Source: Felis catus
Lineage: Eukaryota
Assembly (NCBI RefSeq): GCF_018350175.1
Contig: NC_058369.1
Span: 1,800,001 to 1,864,000, forward strand
DNA: 64,000 nucleotides
Direction of reading: 5' to 3'
A program made the translations under genes and the position numbers. Position 1 is the first letter of the stretch. The number at the start of each line of letters is the position of its first letter. Below the pieces are notes generated by a model. The model saw nothing but the letters and a program-made list of their open reading frames with translations, did no database searches and had not been told where the DNA came from. Below are positions 48,659 to 60,008 of this stretch, piece by piece.

Positions 48659-49475
48659 TTATTCCATAACCCCTCTTGGGGTGTTCTGGCCAGGCCGCAG
48701 GGAGGATAACATAGCCCCTGGGGGCAAAGACGCAGCCTTGAAGCCCCTCGCCGGAGGCGGGATGGAGACGATCTCCCCGGCCTCCATGACCTCGCCCTTG
48801 GTCGGGGAGGAGGGTGGCCTGGATGCCACAGAATGCCAGGATGTCAGGAACTTGGCTTTGCTGGAGGTGTCAGGAAAGCCACCGTGAAGCTGCCCGGGGC
48901 CCGGGAGCCGAGGCATTTCAGGACACAGAAGAGGGCAGTGACCGAGCTGGGGGCCCAGAGCCGAGGCATCCCAGCACACAGCAGAGGGCAGTGACGGAGC
49001 CCTTGCTGCACAGGAGGAGGACATACCCAGGCTCGGACTGTGTCTGTGTCAGGGAACAGGGCGAGGTTCCCAGCCGGAGCCCACAGGGAGCTGGGGCTCA
49101 GGGAGCCACCCTCTCTTCCCTGGTGCAGTGACCCTGAAGACCAAGGCCACAGTGATGGTTTGGGCCGTAACAGTGCAAACAGCCACGATAGAAACCACTC
49201 CAAATGCGGTTTGCTGGAGCACGAGGGTGGCTGTGTCGGGACGGCCAATGAGCTGTAAGGTGGGGGAGTTGAGCAGGATGTAGCCGAGGGCCCTGTTGCT
49301 GGCTTTGAGCGGGAGAGTGCCTCGGTGCTTCCTGAAGACCCCAGGACCACAGCCCGGAGGACAGGAAGGCCAGAGCCGCTCCCGGGGGTCTTTACAAGCT
49401 AGGAAGCACGCCCCCTTCCGGACACGGCCATCCGTGCGTACCGGCGGGCTGCACCCTTCACACATTTCTCTGCAT
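48659..49475 (-). pseudogene. V2R pseudo-exon 6 (7TM_3 domain)
   Basis: DAEKCVK...FLACKDP...GVFRKHRGTLPLKASNRALGYILL...IGRPDTATLVLQQTAFGVVSIVAVCTVTAQTITVALVFRVTAPG...SVTALFCVLKCLGSRAPGSFTVAF...PDTSSKAKFLT...TKGEVMEAGEIVSI...LRPGQN; acceptor reads cgg instead of cag. Confidence 0.92.
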
Positions 49476-49789
49476 CCGATGAACGAAGCAGAAACCATCC
49501 CTTCCGTTCAGCATTTCTTACCGATTCCCGTGATAAAAATGGACACACTGTCTACCCAGTGGGGCCATGTCTACACTGCCCCCTGGCATGTGGTTTTATG
49601 GACAAAATATTTCCTCTAGCGTTTCACTGTGGAAGGTAGCCATTTCATTGTCCCTCGTTTGGAAATAATTTTGAAACTGTAATAGACTCTTAGACCTTAC
49701 ATATTACCTCTCTAGGTCACATACCATATACACAGCCTTACCTGACCGGGATTATTATTTTTTTCCCCCGTAAGAACACAGGAAACTAG

Positions 49790-50425
49790 ATCCAGAAAAA
49801 GACACCATAGTTGTGGTCATACCATGGGCTGGGGAGGGGGGAGGGGAAACGGCAGAAGAAGTAGGTGGGGCCGGTCAAGTGCCCCTTTGGAGGCATGATC
49901 TACGGCAGGACCAGAGTGGACACCGCTGTGCGGTCCATGTGGAAGTCGCTAAGGGCGTGGATCCTAAGAGTTCACATCCCTTACGAGACGGTGGATGTTA
50001 ACTAACTGGGAATCCTCGCACAGTGTATGTGGGTCGTCATGCTGTATACCCTAAACTTACACGCTGCCATATGTCAATTTTAGAGTGGTAAAATTGGAAA
50101 AAGAAAATTCTCATCCCCAGAAAAAAATTGTACCTATGTGGGGTGGTGAATATGTTAACTAGTCTTACTGTGGTGATCATTTATATATATGTATTTGGGT
50201 ATATATTTGTGTATATATATGTATATATATCACTATATGTACATATCGTATACATATATCACTACACATATGTACTCTATGCACATACATAGTGATGCAT
50301 ATATAACACACATTTAGTGACACATATGTGGCGAGATACATCTCTCTGTACATATAAAATTACTAGGTTGTACACCTGAAATTTATACTATGTTCTATGC
50401 CAATTGTATCTCAGGCTGGGAAAAA
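49790..50425 (+). mobile_element. L1 3'-end fragments with an internal TA-rich simple repeat
   Basis: ggatcctaagagttc...atgttaactaac...tgctgtataccctaaactta, and a second tgttaactag...gttgtacacctgaaat...caattgtatctca; (TA)n-like 50181-50350. Confidence 0.65.
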
Positions 50426-50822
50426 ACATACTAATAACCTATTCGACATCAGGGAATTATTGTTAATTTTTTAAAAGATTTTGTAATGTTTATTTCTGAG
50501 AGAGAGAGATTGATTGTGAGAAGGGGAGGGGCAGAGAGAGAGCCCCAAGCAGGCTCCATGCACAGCACAGAGCCCGACGTGGGGTTCGATCCCACGAACT
50601 GCAAGATCATGACCTGAGTCAAAATTAAGAGTCAGACGCTTGACTGACGGAGCCACTCAGGTGCCCCAAATTATTGTTAATGTCTAAGGGTGATCATGAT
50701 ATTAAAACGGCATTGCCATTTAATGATGGTGATATCATTAAAACCTCTTTTGAGAGTTAGATGCTGAAGCATTTAAAGGTGAGATATTATTAAGTCTATA
50801 AACTATTTTAAAATGCATCAGA

Positions 50823-51035
50823 GGGGCGCCTGGGTGGCTTGGTCGGTTAAGCGTCCAACTTCGGCTCAGGTCATGATCTCACGGTCTGTGAGTTCGAGCC
50901 CCGCGTCGGGCTCTGTGTTGACAGCTCAGAGCCTGGAGCCTGTTTCAGATTCTGTGTCTCCCTCTCTCTCTCTGCTCCTCCCCTGTTCATGCTCTGTCTC
51001 TCTCTATCTCAAAAATAAATAAACGTTAAAAAAAA
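50823..51035 (+). mobile_element. SINEC_Fc-like SINE
   Basis: TSD aaatgcatcaga. Confidence 0.88.
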
Positions 51036-53603
51036 TTTTTAAATGCATCAGAAATACAAAAATAAAATATGTATGGAAAAGTGTTGAGAGTTACTGACCT
51101 GGTTCAGAGGAGTAATATTTATCAAGAGTTATTAAAATCAGTAAGAATATAACAATACTGTAATAAAAACAGGCTATGAAGAGGTAGTTTGGGGAATATA
51201 GATAGCGAAGACATCCAGGAAAAGGTCTTCACCCTTCAGGAAAATCTAGGGATGTGCAGTAAAACAATGACATACTGTTTGTCACCTAGTAGATTAGCCA
51301 AACTGTTTACCATTGCAAAATCCAGTTTTCAAACAAATTTTTTAATGTTTATTTTTGAGAGAGAGAGAGAGACAGAGGGTGAGCGGGAGAGGGGCAGAGA
51401 GAAAGGGAGACACAGAATCCAAAGCAGGCTCCAGGCTCCGAGCTGTCAGCAAAGAGCCTGACGCGGGGCTCGAGCTCACAGACTGAGAGATCATGACCTG
51501 AGCCGAAGTCGGATGCTCAACCGACTGGGGCACCCAGGTGGCCTGCAAAATCTAGTTTTAAAGGGATAAAGGGATGAGGTTTTTGGTAGATAGGTACAAG
51601 AATTTGAAAGAGCAGTTTGGTAAAATGTGCCAAAGAGGCTTAAGGTCACAAGCATATGTGCATACGGACAGGTCAGTACCACACCTCCAGGCATCCGCCC
51701 TACAGAAACCCCAGCCACTTGTGCAAAAATGCACAAGGATATTCACTGTGCCCCTTCCTTTTGCTTGCAGTGGATCTCCAGGTGGTACCCACCTCCGGGT
51801 CTAATCCCCTCCTACAAGAGCACCACTAATGAAGTGACTGCTTAAGCATGTAAATCTGATCATGAGTCTGTTTAAAACTGATCACGTGTGCTCTGGATGA
51901 AGTCTACACTCGTTAGCCTAGCAGGAAAGGCACTCTTATAACTTGAAATTCCACAGACGCCCCAAGGCCTTTCACTTCTCTGTGCCCTTGCACATATTCT
52001 CTGACCTGAAGATCCCTCTCTGTTGGTAAAGGTGTTGTAGAAAGTGGATGGCACCCTCTAGGGGATGATGGAAGAAAAGTTGAATGAGAGGAGTGTCCGT
52101 GAACGTGCGGATATGTTTGAAGAGAGCCAACAGAGACCCTGCAGCATTCTGCAAGAGTGGGAGCTGTTACCACCTCTGATCCGAAGGGAAAAACAGAAGA
52201 ACTGATCCCAGAACCCAGCACAAAGGGACCATACCTTTCACTGGGCAATCAGCCATGGACAAACCATGACCCAGCATGGACGGAGCCAGCAAGACCGCTC
52301 CAGGTTGGCCAAAGCCAAATAGAAGGCAGAAGGCAGGGCTCCATTGATATAATCCATAGAAGTCCGTTTCCCAGCGCAGAGGGCGGGACAGAAACAGGTG
52401 TATGGGGGGTCAGGAGGCACAAAAACGCAGCTCAAGCATCATTTCCTTTGGCAACCATTCCCAGATCTTTCAAGACTGTCGTGTTCATTCCCTGTGTCCT
52501 GGTCCAGCTCCCAATACAAGCTTCTCATACTGCCTTTCACAAAATGGTGAAGGACTCCGTTGATTTGCAACCCTTCATTCACTGGACTGTGACATTCCAG
52601 GGTGGTTACTGAGAGAGAAGGCAATTCCGAATCCGTAGGTTCAGAGTCAAATCTTGGCCCTGCGGCTTACAAAGGCGTTTACTTTTCCACATGTTTTCAA
52701 TTCTTTTAGTAAAATCATGGTCATGATAATACCCTATGGGGTTGCCGTGTGGGTTGAAAGCAGAAGTTTCCTCAAAATAACTCCCGCAAGAGAAGAGACT
52801 CGGCGTGTGATTGTGTACTAGATGCGTTCTCTTGATGGCCGGGCTTCATTTCGGGATTAACCTTCCTACATGTGGAGAAAGTTACATCTCATGAATACTC
52901 TACCTCTGAGGTAGGACTCAGAGCTCACATTAGAGCTCTCCGCTGCAGCAAGGGTGCAGGCGCCTGACCTTGGTCCCCCGGACCAGAGTACTCACCTGAA
53001 GGCTTCTCTTTGGAACCGAGCACTTGGAGGCGTCACGTGGTTCTTACTTCCTGGCGTAAGTGGAGGCAACGGTGATTTCCTTTAGAATTTCTTGGGGTAG
53101 CAACAGTGGCAACGGTTTTTCTTTTCGTGTCTGCTCTGCAGTGTGTCTGGCTTAGATCGCTAACGGTTTTCTGGTCTATGCTGTGTCCATTTAGAGCACA
53201 GGTACAGTTTATTGCAACGTAAGACGATTCTTAATTGGCGCCTGCCTCACTCCGTATCTTGTTTCAGCACCTGGACAGCTCACCTCCGCCCAGTTGCTCT
53301 ACTCTTCCTCTTCCTGAAACTTGAGCGTTTGGCTTCTTAAACGTAGCTGCTGAGTTGCATTAGGGCTCAATGACCTTTCAAGGGTAGAGAGTTCCTGATT
53401 AGGCCCTAGGTAGGATTCTAGGCAGTGGCGAGGGCATTCCAGACGAGTGAAAGTGTCCTAATGGTTATTATGACGGGTTGACAGAACGCACTTCCTGAAG
53501 GAACGAGTGGTGTAAGAATAAAGGCACGAGACACGGCCAGTCCAGTGGGCTGAGAAGGAAGGCTTGGGGGGTGTTCAGAGAAGATGCTTCTGCGGGTGCC
53601 CAC

Positions 53604-53724
53604 CTGTCTGACTGCAACCCTCCCCATGTGGACAAGGGCGTTGCGAGCAGTTGGCAGGCATCCTCTTCTGAGGGTTTTTCGTAAACCCAGGACCACAGCC
53701 CTCGCTGCGCACAGAGAAGGGAGT
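53604..53724 (-). pseudogene. V2R pseudo-exon 5 (nine-cysteine domain)
   Basis: tttcag|TPFSVRSEGCGPGFTKNPQKRMPANCSQRPCPHGEGCSQT|gtgggc, compare recalled V2R TPxSVCSESCGPGFRK...CCFDCxPCPENEISNxT; 121 nt. Confidence 0.88.
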
Positions 53725-54331
53725 CTGAAAACGAGTTCTGCCCACAGACACGTGTCTTACTAGCAGCAGGGGGAGTGCCAATGGTTCACAAAGATAATGA
53801 TAGTGTTTTCACATGGACAAACATTGCTGTGTTGCAGACCCGACAATGACCATACATATGATCAGGGAAATAACAAGTAAGTGAAAATAGGTCCATGGTT
53901 TTAGGGGTGGGGGGGAGAAGGTATACCAATCCATATCGCAAAGCTGAATGGAAGCCATATGGGCCAAATAACAATTAAATTAGCACTTCCAAAACACAGG
54001 AGATGTGGGTAGCACTAAAATATCTAATTAGATCACGCAATAAGGCACCCAGCAGATTGGAAGCATTTTTAAAAATGTGATAATATCAGGATTGGGATAA
54101 GGAATGAACTGACAAAGCCTTACGGGGGGTAATTTGATATTATCTATTAAAATTTAAGATGTAAATACACTCCACCCCAACATCCCATATCTAGGGGTCT
54201 GATGAAGTACACACACATTTGGTCAAGCTGTACGTAAAATGTTCATTGTAGCATTATTTGTAATAACGGAAAGTTCAAAACAACTCAAGTGCCACCAATA
54301 AAGAAACAGTTAAATTAGAACAAAATATGTA

Positions 54332-54561
54332 GTTTATTTTTTTTAATTTTTTTTCAACATTTATTTATTTTTTGGGGGGACAGAGAGAGACAGAGCATGA
54401 ACGGGGGAGGGGCAGAGAGAGAGGGAGACACAGAATCGGAAACAGGCTCCAGGCTCCGAGCCATCAGCCCAGAGCCTGACGCGGGGCTCGAACCCACGGA
54501 CCGTGAGATGGTGACCTGGCTGAAGTCGGACGCTCAACCGACTGTGCCACCCAGGCGCCCC
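54332..54561 (-). mobile_element. Young SINEC_Fc-like SINE
   Basis: TSD caaaatatgtagttta. Confidence 0.9.
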
Positions 54562-54940
54562 CAAAATATGTAGTTTAAACTTAGGGGCACATTCATTTAA
54601 TGTGATACATGGTCTAGCCCCAGGTGTTTATCAGGTATCTGCACATTCAAACGGCTTAGTTTAAGAAGTCAGTCTATTTAGTTAATCTGTAGGAATCACA
54701 AGGTTCTCCACAGAACACTAGCTTAATAAAAAATTACAGAAAAATTATTTGTATGTGTGAGTGTGGTATTTCTTTAGCCCCTGGACAGTGAGTAAGAAAG
54801 AAGTCTACGTAAATTGAAAGGTCTTTTCTTCCCCATAAATCTGGACCTTGAAATGAGATGGAATCTGTGATTGCGCTGATGGAATGCTCTCCTCAAATAT
54901 CTGTGTGAAGTATAAATCCAACATTGAAATGGCATCCAAC

Positions 54941-55150
54941 CTCAAGAAGCCCCACGGCCCACTCAGTCATGTCTTCCTGGATGGTCAAGCCTTGACCGTG
55001 AGCTTGCCAGGGGTACATACTATGTCATTCCATCTCAAGTCCCAGTCCCAGTGGAAAATTTCCATAGTTAAGAATATCGTTATCATTCCACATATTTTCT
55101 TTTCTTGCCCAAAGAAACCTGGTCACCAGCACTGTTGTCATCTTTCAAAG
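54941..55150 (-). pseudogene. V2R pseudo-exon 4 (5' end lost at a truncated SINE)
   Basis: DNSAGDQVSLGKKRK / NDILNYGNFPLGLGLEME* / AHGQGLTIQEDMTEWAVGLLE|gttgga. Confidence 0.82.
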
Positions 55151-55574
55151 AAAGAGACACAGACACAGAATCCAAAGCAGGCTCCAGCCTCTGAGGGGTC
55201 AGCACAGAGCCTGACGCGGGGCTCAAACCCACAAGCCATGAGATCATGACTTGAGCAGAAGTCGGACACCCAACCGACTGAGCCACCCAGGCGCCCCACA
55301 TCTGGTAACTTTTTTATGTTTATTTATTTTTGAGAGAGACAGAGAGAGAGAGAGAGTGCGCGCGAATGGGGTGGGGGGGACACAGAATCTGAAACAGGCT
55401 CTGGGCTCTGAGAGGTCAGCACAGAGCCCGACTCGGGGCTCCAACCCACTAACCGTGAGATCACGACCTGAGCCGACGTTAGACGCTTAACCGACTGAGG
55501 TGCTCCACCTATGCATCGGATAGGGATTCAGAACATTCTGGGTTCAAATCCAGACTACTCTAGGACCTGGGAGC

Positions 55575-56105
55575 TGGTGTGTTAACCTTGCCTTTTATTT
55601 CTGGTGCTCTGATCTCTGAGACCTCTCTGATCCCGGAGGGGACAGCCCCTCCCGGGGCTAATTCCTAAAGATCGGTAACAACTCAACCTGCAGTGTCCCT
55701 TTCATATGCAAACCCATCAATTCCAGGTCGACGCCCCATGGCCTCCTACGTGGGGCTCTCACAATCTGGGTCACTCTCCCCCTGCCCTAACCATTCCAGG
55801 GCCGGTTTCCAGACGACTAGGGACAACACATACGCTCCCCAGCCCACTGAGATTCTTCACATCGGTGAATCCTAAACCTGCTGTGTCTGATCGCCTCACT
55901 TGTTTCTTCCCACGGAAACCCCAATGAAGGTCCCCGCCCGTGTTCCCCACACCCCTGCCTCCTGATGGATCCTGGTGCTTCCTGGAGTGCTCCCCACCGG
56001 TGGCGTGCTCCCTCCATTTGGGAAGTGTCGGCAACGAACTGTCTTTTCCACGGCAGCTCTCTCCTGATCTGTCGGCCCCGCCATACCTAGATAATAAAAC
56101 CTACA
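55575..56105 (+). mobile_element. ERVL solo LTR (MER74-like) in the V2R intron
   Basis: gctaattcctaaagat...cctttcatatgcaaacc...gggctctcacaatctggg...actagggaca...aatcctaaacctgct...cttcccacggaaacc. Confidence 0.65.
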
Positions 56106-56842
56106 CTTTAGGGGCACCTGGGGGGCTCAGTTGGCTAAGCGTCCGGCTCTTGACTTCGGCTCAGGCCATGATCACTCAGGTCGTGGGTTCGGGACCCGCA
56201 TCAGGCTCTCCATTGACAATGCAGAGCCTGCTTGGAATTCTCTCTCTCTCTTCCTCTCTCTCTGCCCCTCTCCCGCTCTCTCTCTAAGTCTCTCAAAATG
56301 AATGAGTAAACTTAAAAAAAAAAAAACAACTTACATTTTAAAGCTCCTGGGTAGTGGACCCTTTAAGAACCAATGTCTTCATTTGTAAAAAAGGAGAGAA
56401 CAAAAGCTTTCCCTTAAAGTGCTCGTAGAATTAAATAAAAAAAATGCATAAACTCTTCTTCACAGCCGCTGCACGAAGGGGGACTTGGTTCGTTTCACAC
56501 CATCCTTACAAGACATCGTGGCTGCGAAATCCATCCCGCTGACCAAAGCAGATCTGCCTGGTTATGAAGATTCTCCGGGCAGCAAAGGATAGGTACTGAG
56601 TTCTGCTTTATGAAATCTCCTGCACCCAGAGGCACCGTCTACTTCAGGGCCATTTCCAGCTCAGGCGCTCTTTGTCCTTGCCTAGAAGATGCAACCACAG
56701 ATATCCCCACAACTCTTGAGGAAAACGCCAGTTCATTAAAACCGAGCCCCTTTGGCCTGCTGAGGGCATATTGTCGCCGGCAGGCATTCTCGATGGACTG
56801 CGGTGTCTGAGGCTCCAAACGCGGCGGTGGCAGTGGTCACAC

Positions 56843-57600
56843 TTGGGGCACCGTCGGACCCTTCGAGTTACCCCCAGACCCCGTTTCCGGCCGGGCGAAG
56901 AGCGTCTCGTGGAGGGCATGGGAGCCACACGGGACTCTGTCAAAGAAGTGCGGGCGTGTGTCCTCCAAAGACGCATCCTGTGGGCGTCCCTCCGAAACGT
57001 TGCAGGCGGATCCTGGCGATGACCACCTGAAATAAAATCGCCAGCGTTCCCTAAGGATGACGTCTTGTGGGTATTCAGGAGGGTTAACCGTCTGTATCAA
57101 ACGTGAGAAACCAGGAATTTCAGGACCCTGGTGTGAAAAGGCAAGAGTCCCTTGGAAAGCGTCAAGCGTGGAGCCTCTCCCACCGGCGGTGAAGTCCCGC
57201 GGGGTGGCCTGGCCCACACCTTCTGTGTGGTGACGGTGTCCATCCCACCTACGCGGAAGCTGATCGGAGAACTGGTGTCCCCACAAACGATAGTCACGTT
57301 GGCTGTTCAATCGTTGACTCTGGGAATCCATTCTGAGAGAGGTTGGGATCGCCCTGTGGCGGGAATCCCCTCTGTACAAGGCTGTGCAAGATACCTTTCC
57401 TGACCGTTTCCTCTTCAAATCCCAGAGGAACTGCTCCCCTTCATATCATCTGAGACACACGGCCCCACCCAGGTCCGGCCACCATGCGGCAACACGGCCA
57501 CCACGTCTGGGACCAGAACGGCATCCCTGGAGGCCATCTGATGCAGAGCTGGAAACTGGGCTTTGCCATTCAAGGACAGATCCAAAGGCCCCTCAGGGAT
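56843..57600 (-). pseudogene. V2R pseudo-exon 3 (Venus flytrap domain)
   Basis: ttcag|IPEGPLDLSLNGKAQFPALHQMASRD...GRTWVGPCVSDDMKG/EQFLWDL...TANVTIVCGDTSS...QKVW...LDAFQGTLAFSHQGPEIPGFSRLIQTVNPPEYPQDVIL...DASLE...HALHETL...Q|gt. Confidence 0.88.
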
Positions 57601-57689
57601 CTGAAGGGGAAGAGAAGAGTGGGGTCCAGTTTTCTCTCAGTGGAAGCAGCGTGAGGGAGCCCAGTACTGTGTTAATACACATTAGCCAA

Positions 57690-58945
57690 TCACGCTTATT
57701 CTGTAGGACTTGAATCCTTTTGAATGTATCGAAGACAATTTTATGGCCTCGAATATAATCTGTCTTTGCGTCCGTTTTGTGCACTTTTGGGAAGGATGTG
57801 TGTTTGGCTCTTGTTGGCTAGAGTGTCTCATACATGGCAGTCCCGTCAAGTTTGTCGATAGGGTTGATTAAATCGACACCTTTGCTGACGTTCTGCCCAC
57901 TTGTTCTGTTAATTATCGAGAGAGAGAGAGAGGGGGGTGGTGATTAATTTTATGCATCTACTGGGGTAGGTTATGGTACCCATTGTTTGGTCAAACATCG
58001 GTCTAGATGTTGCTGCGGAGGTCGAATCTTTAGACGTGATTAACATTTATTTGTTTTTAATGTTTTTTGTTTTTTGTTTTTTGTTTTGAGAGAGAGCAAA
58101 AGTGGGAGAGGGGCAGAGAGAGAGGGAGGGGCAGAGAATCTGAATCGGGCTCTGCGCTGACAGCAGTGAGCCCGAATTGGGGCTTGAACTCACGAACTGT
58201 GAGATCATGACTCGAGCCAAAGTTGGGTGCTCAACGGCCTGAGCCACCTGGGAGCCCCAGGTGTGATTACCATTTAAATCAGCCCGCTTTGAGTGAAGAG
58301 ATTACCCTCCGTCATGTCAGGGGGCCTCATCCAATCAGTTGGAAGCCTCAAGGAGGAAAGGCTGGGGTCCAGCGAGGAAGAAGGAATCCCGCCACAGGAC
58401 AACGACGGTCTTTGGTCTTGGGCTACAACGGCTACTCTTCCCTGGTCTCCAGCCTGCCCTGGGGGTGTTGTACTTGTCAGCCCCCGTAATCACATAACGC
58501 AGTTCCTAAAAGTTAACCGCCCTGTTTGCCTCCAGGAACTCTGATTGATACGAGGAATATTGAAATCATCTCCAACGGTAAGTGTGCCCTTACCCATTTC
58601 TCCTTGCATTTCTGCTTTGTGTATTTTGTTTGTATTTATTTATTTAAAAATTTTAAAAAGTCTTTATTTTTGAGGGAGAGAGACAGAGCACGAGCAAGGG
58701 AGGGGCAGAGAGAGAGGGAGACACAGAATCTGAAACAGACTCCAGGCTCCGAGCCATCAGCCCAGAGCCCGACGCGGGGCTCGAACCCACGAACCGTGAG
58801 ATGGTGACCTGAGCCGAAGTCGGACGCCCAACCGACTGAGCCCCCTGGGTGCCCCGCTTTGTGTATTTTGAAGCTCTGTTAATAGACGCATAAATATCTT
58901 GGATCGTTATGTCCTTTTGATTTATTTTCTTACCATTTTATATGA
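57690..58945 (-). mobile_element. Ancient L1 ORF2 (endonuclease region) interrupted by an MLT2-type LTR (~57936-58552) and SINEs
   Basis: TDYIRGHKIVFDTFKRIQVLQ (L1 IDHILGHK-like). MLT2 motifs ttaattttatg...atggtaccca...tttggtcaaaca and ggcctcatccaatcagttg. Confidence 0.7.
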
Positions 58946-59019
58946 CAATCTATGACTTTTAATTTAGGTATTTATTTATTTATTTATTTATTTTTTATAG
59001 TTTTCCCTCGCTCCTCAAT

Positions 59020-59258
59020 TGGATTTTTACTGTTTTTTTGTTGTTGTTGTTGTTGTTTTATTTTTTTATTTTTGGGACAGAGAGAGACAGAGCATGAACG
59101 GGGGAGGGGCAGAGAGAGAGGGAGACACAGAATCGGAAACAGGCTCCAGGCTCCGAGCCATCAGCCCAGAGCCCGACGCGGGGCTCGAACTCCCGGACCG
59201 CGAGATCGTGACCTGGCTGAAGTCGGACGCCCAACCGACTGCGCCACCCAGGCGCCCC
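59020..59258 (-). mobile_element. Young SINEC_Fc-like SINE
   Basis: TSD taatttaggtattta. Confidence 0.88.
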
Positions 59259-59372
59259 TAATTTAGGTATTTAAACCAGTAACAATTAAAGTGACTTTTT
59301 AAGAGGAGATAGAAGTTTATTGAATAGACCACAAAGGAGTGGTCAGTAGAGGAGTAGGCTGTCTGCAAAGGG

Positions 59373-59408
<36 letters not shown>

Positions 59409-59734
59409 AGAGAGAGAATTGGTGCAAGAGGGAGAGGGAGAGAGAGAGAGAAGGGGCTCACCCGATGTGGGGCTTAAACTTCAGATCATGGCCTGAGCTG
59501 AAAAATCAAGAGTCAGACGCTGAACCGACTGAGCCACCCCGGGGAACCACTGCTATTGCTTTTTATTAATCAAGGCTGAAAGCCCAGGACTGCCAGCGGC
59601 AGTGTGGAGGGGTACGAGGAGGAACAGGTCCTCCAGTCCTAAACAGGCAGTCTGGACAGCGTACCTTCTGCATCACGGGCTAAGACTGGAAAAACCAGAC
59701 TGAAAAAGTGGGGTTGGGAAATTATTCAACACCT

Positions 59735-60008
59735 TGAGTCTGTTCAGGCTGGTATAATAAAGGGTCCTGGCCCGGGTAGGGGAGAACCCCCTTCCAGGCT
59801 GCAGAGAGCCGACCTCTTCCTTGTGTCCTCACATGGCAGAAGGGACGAGGGAGCTCTCTTGGGTCTCTTCCATAAGGGCACTAATCCCATCCGTGATGAC
59901 TCCACCTCTCAAAGGCCCCCACCTCCTAATATCATCACACTGGCCACCAGGTGTCAACCTAAGAATTTGGGGGTGGGTTGGGGTGGGGAACACATTCAGG
60001 TATAACAC
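59735..60008. mobile_element. MLT1A-like MaLR LTR fragment
   Basis: tgtgtcctcacatggcagaaggg...taagggcactaatcccat...aaaggcccccacctcctaata. Confidence 0.7.

Larger units (their letters stand above)
48659..57600 (-). pseudogene. Unprocessed vomeronasal type-2 receptor (V2R/Vmn2r, class C GPCR) pseudogene; remnants of exons 3-6
   Basis: Four segments with V2R signature peptides lie in correct order and orientation, and most splice sites are still visible. All are decayed; exons 3, 4 and 6 carry frameshifts or stops. Confidence 0.9.
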
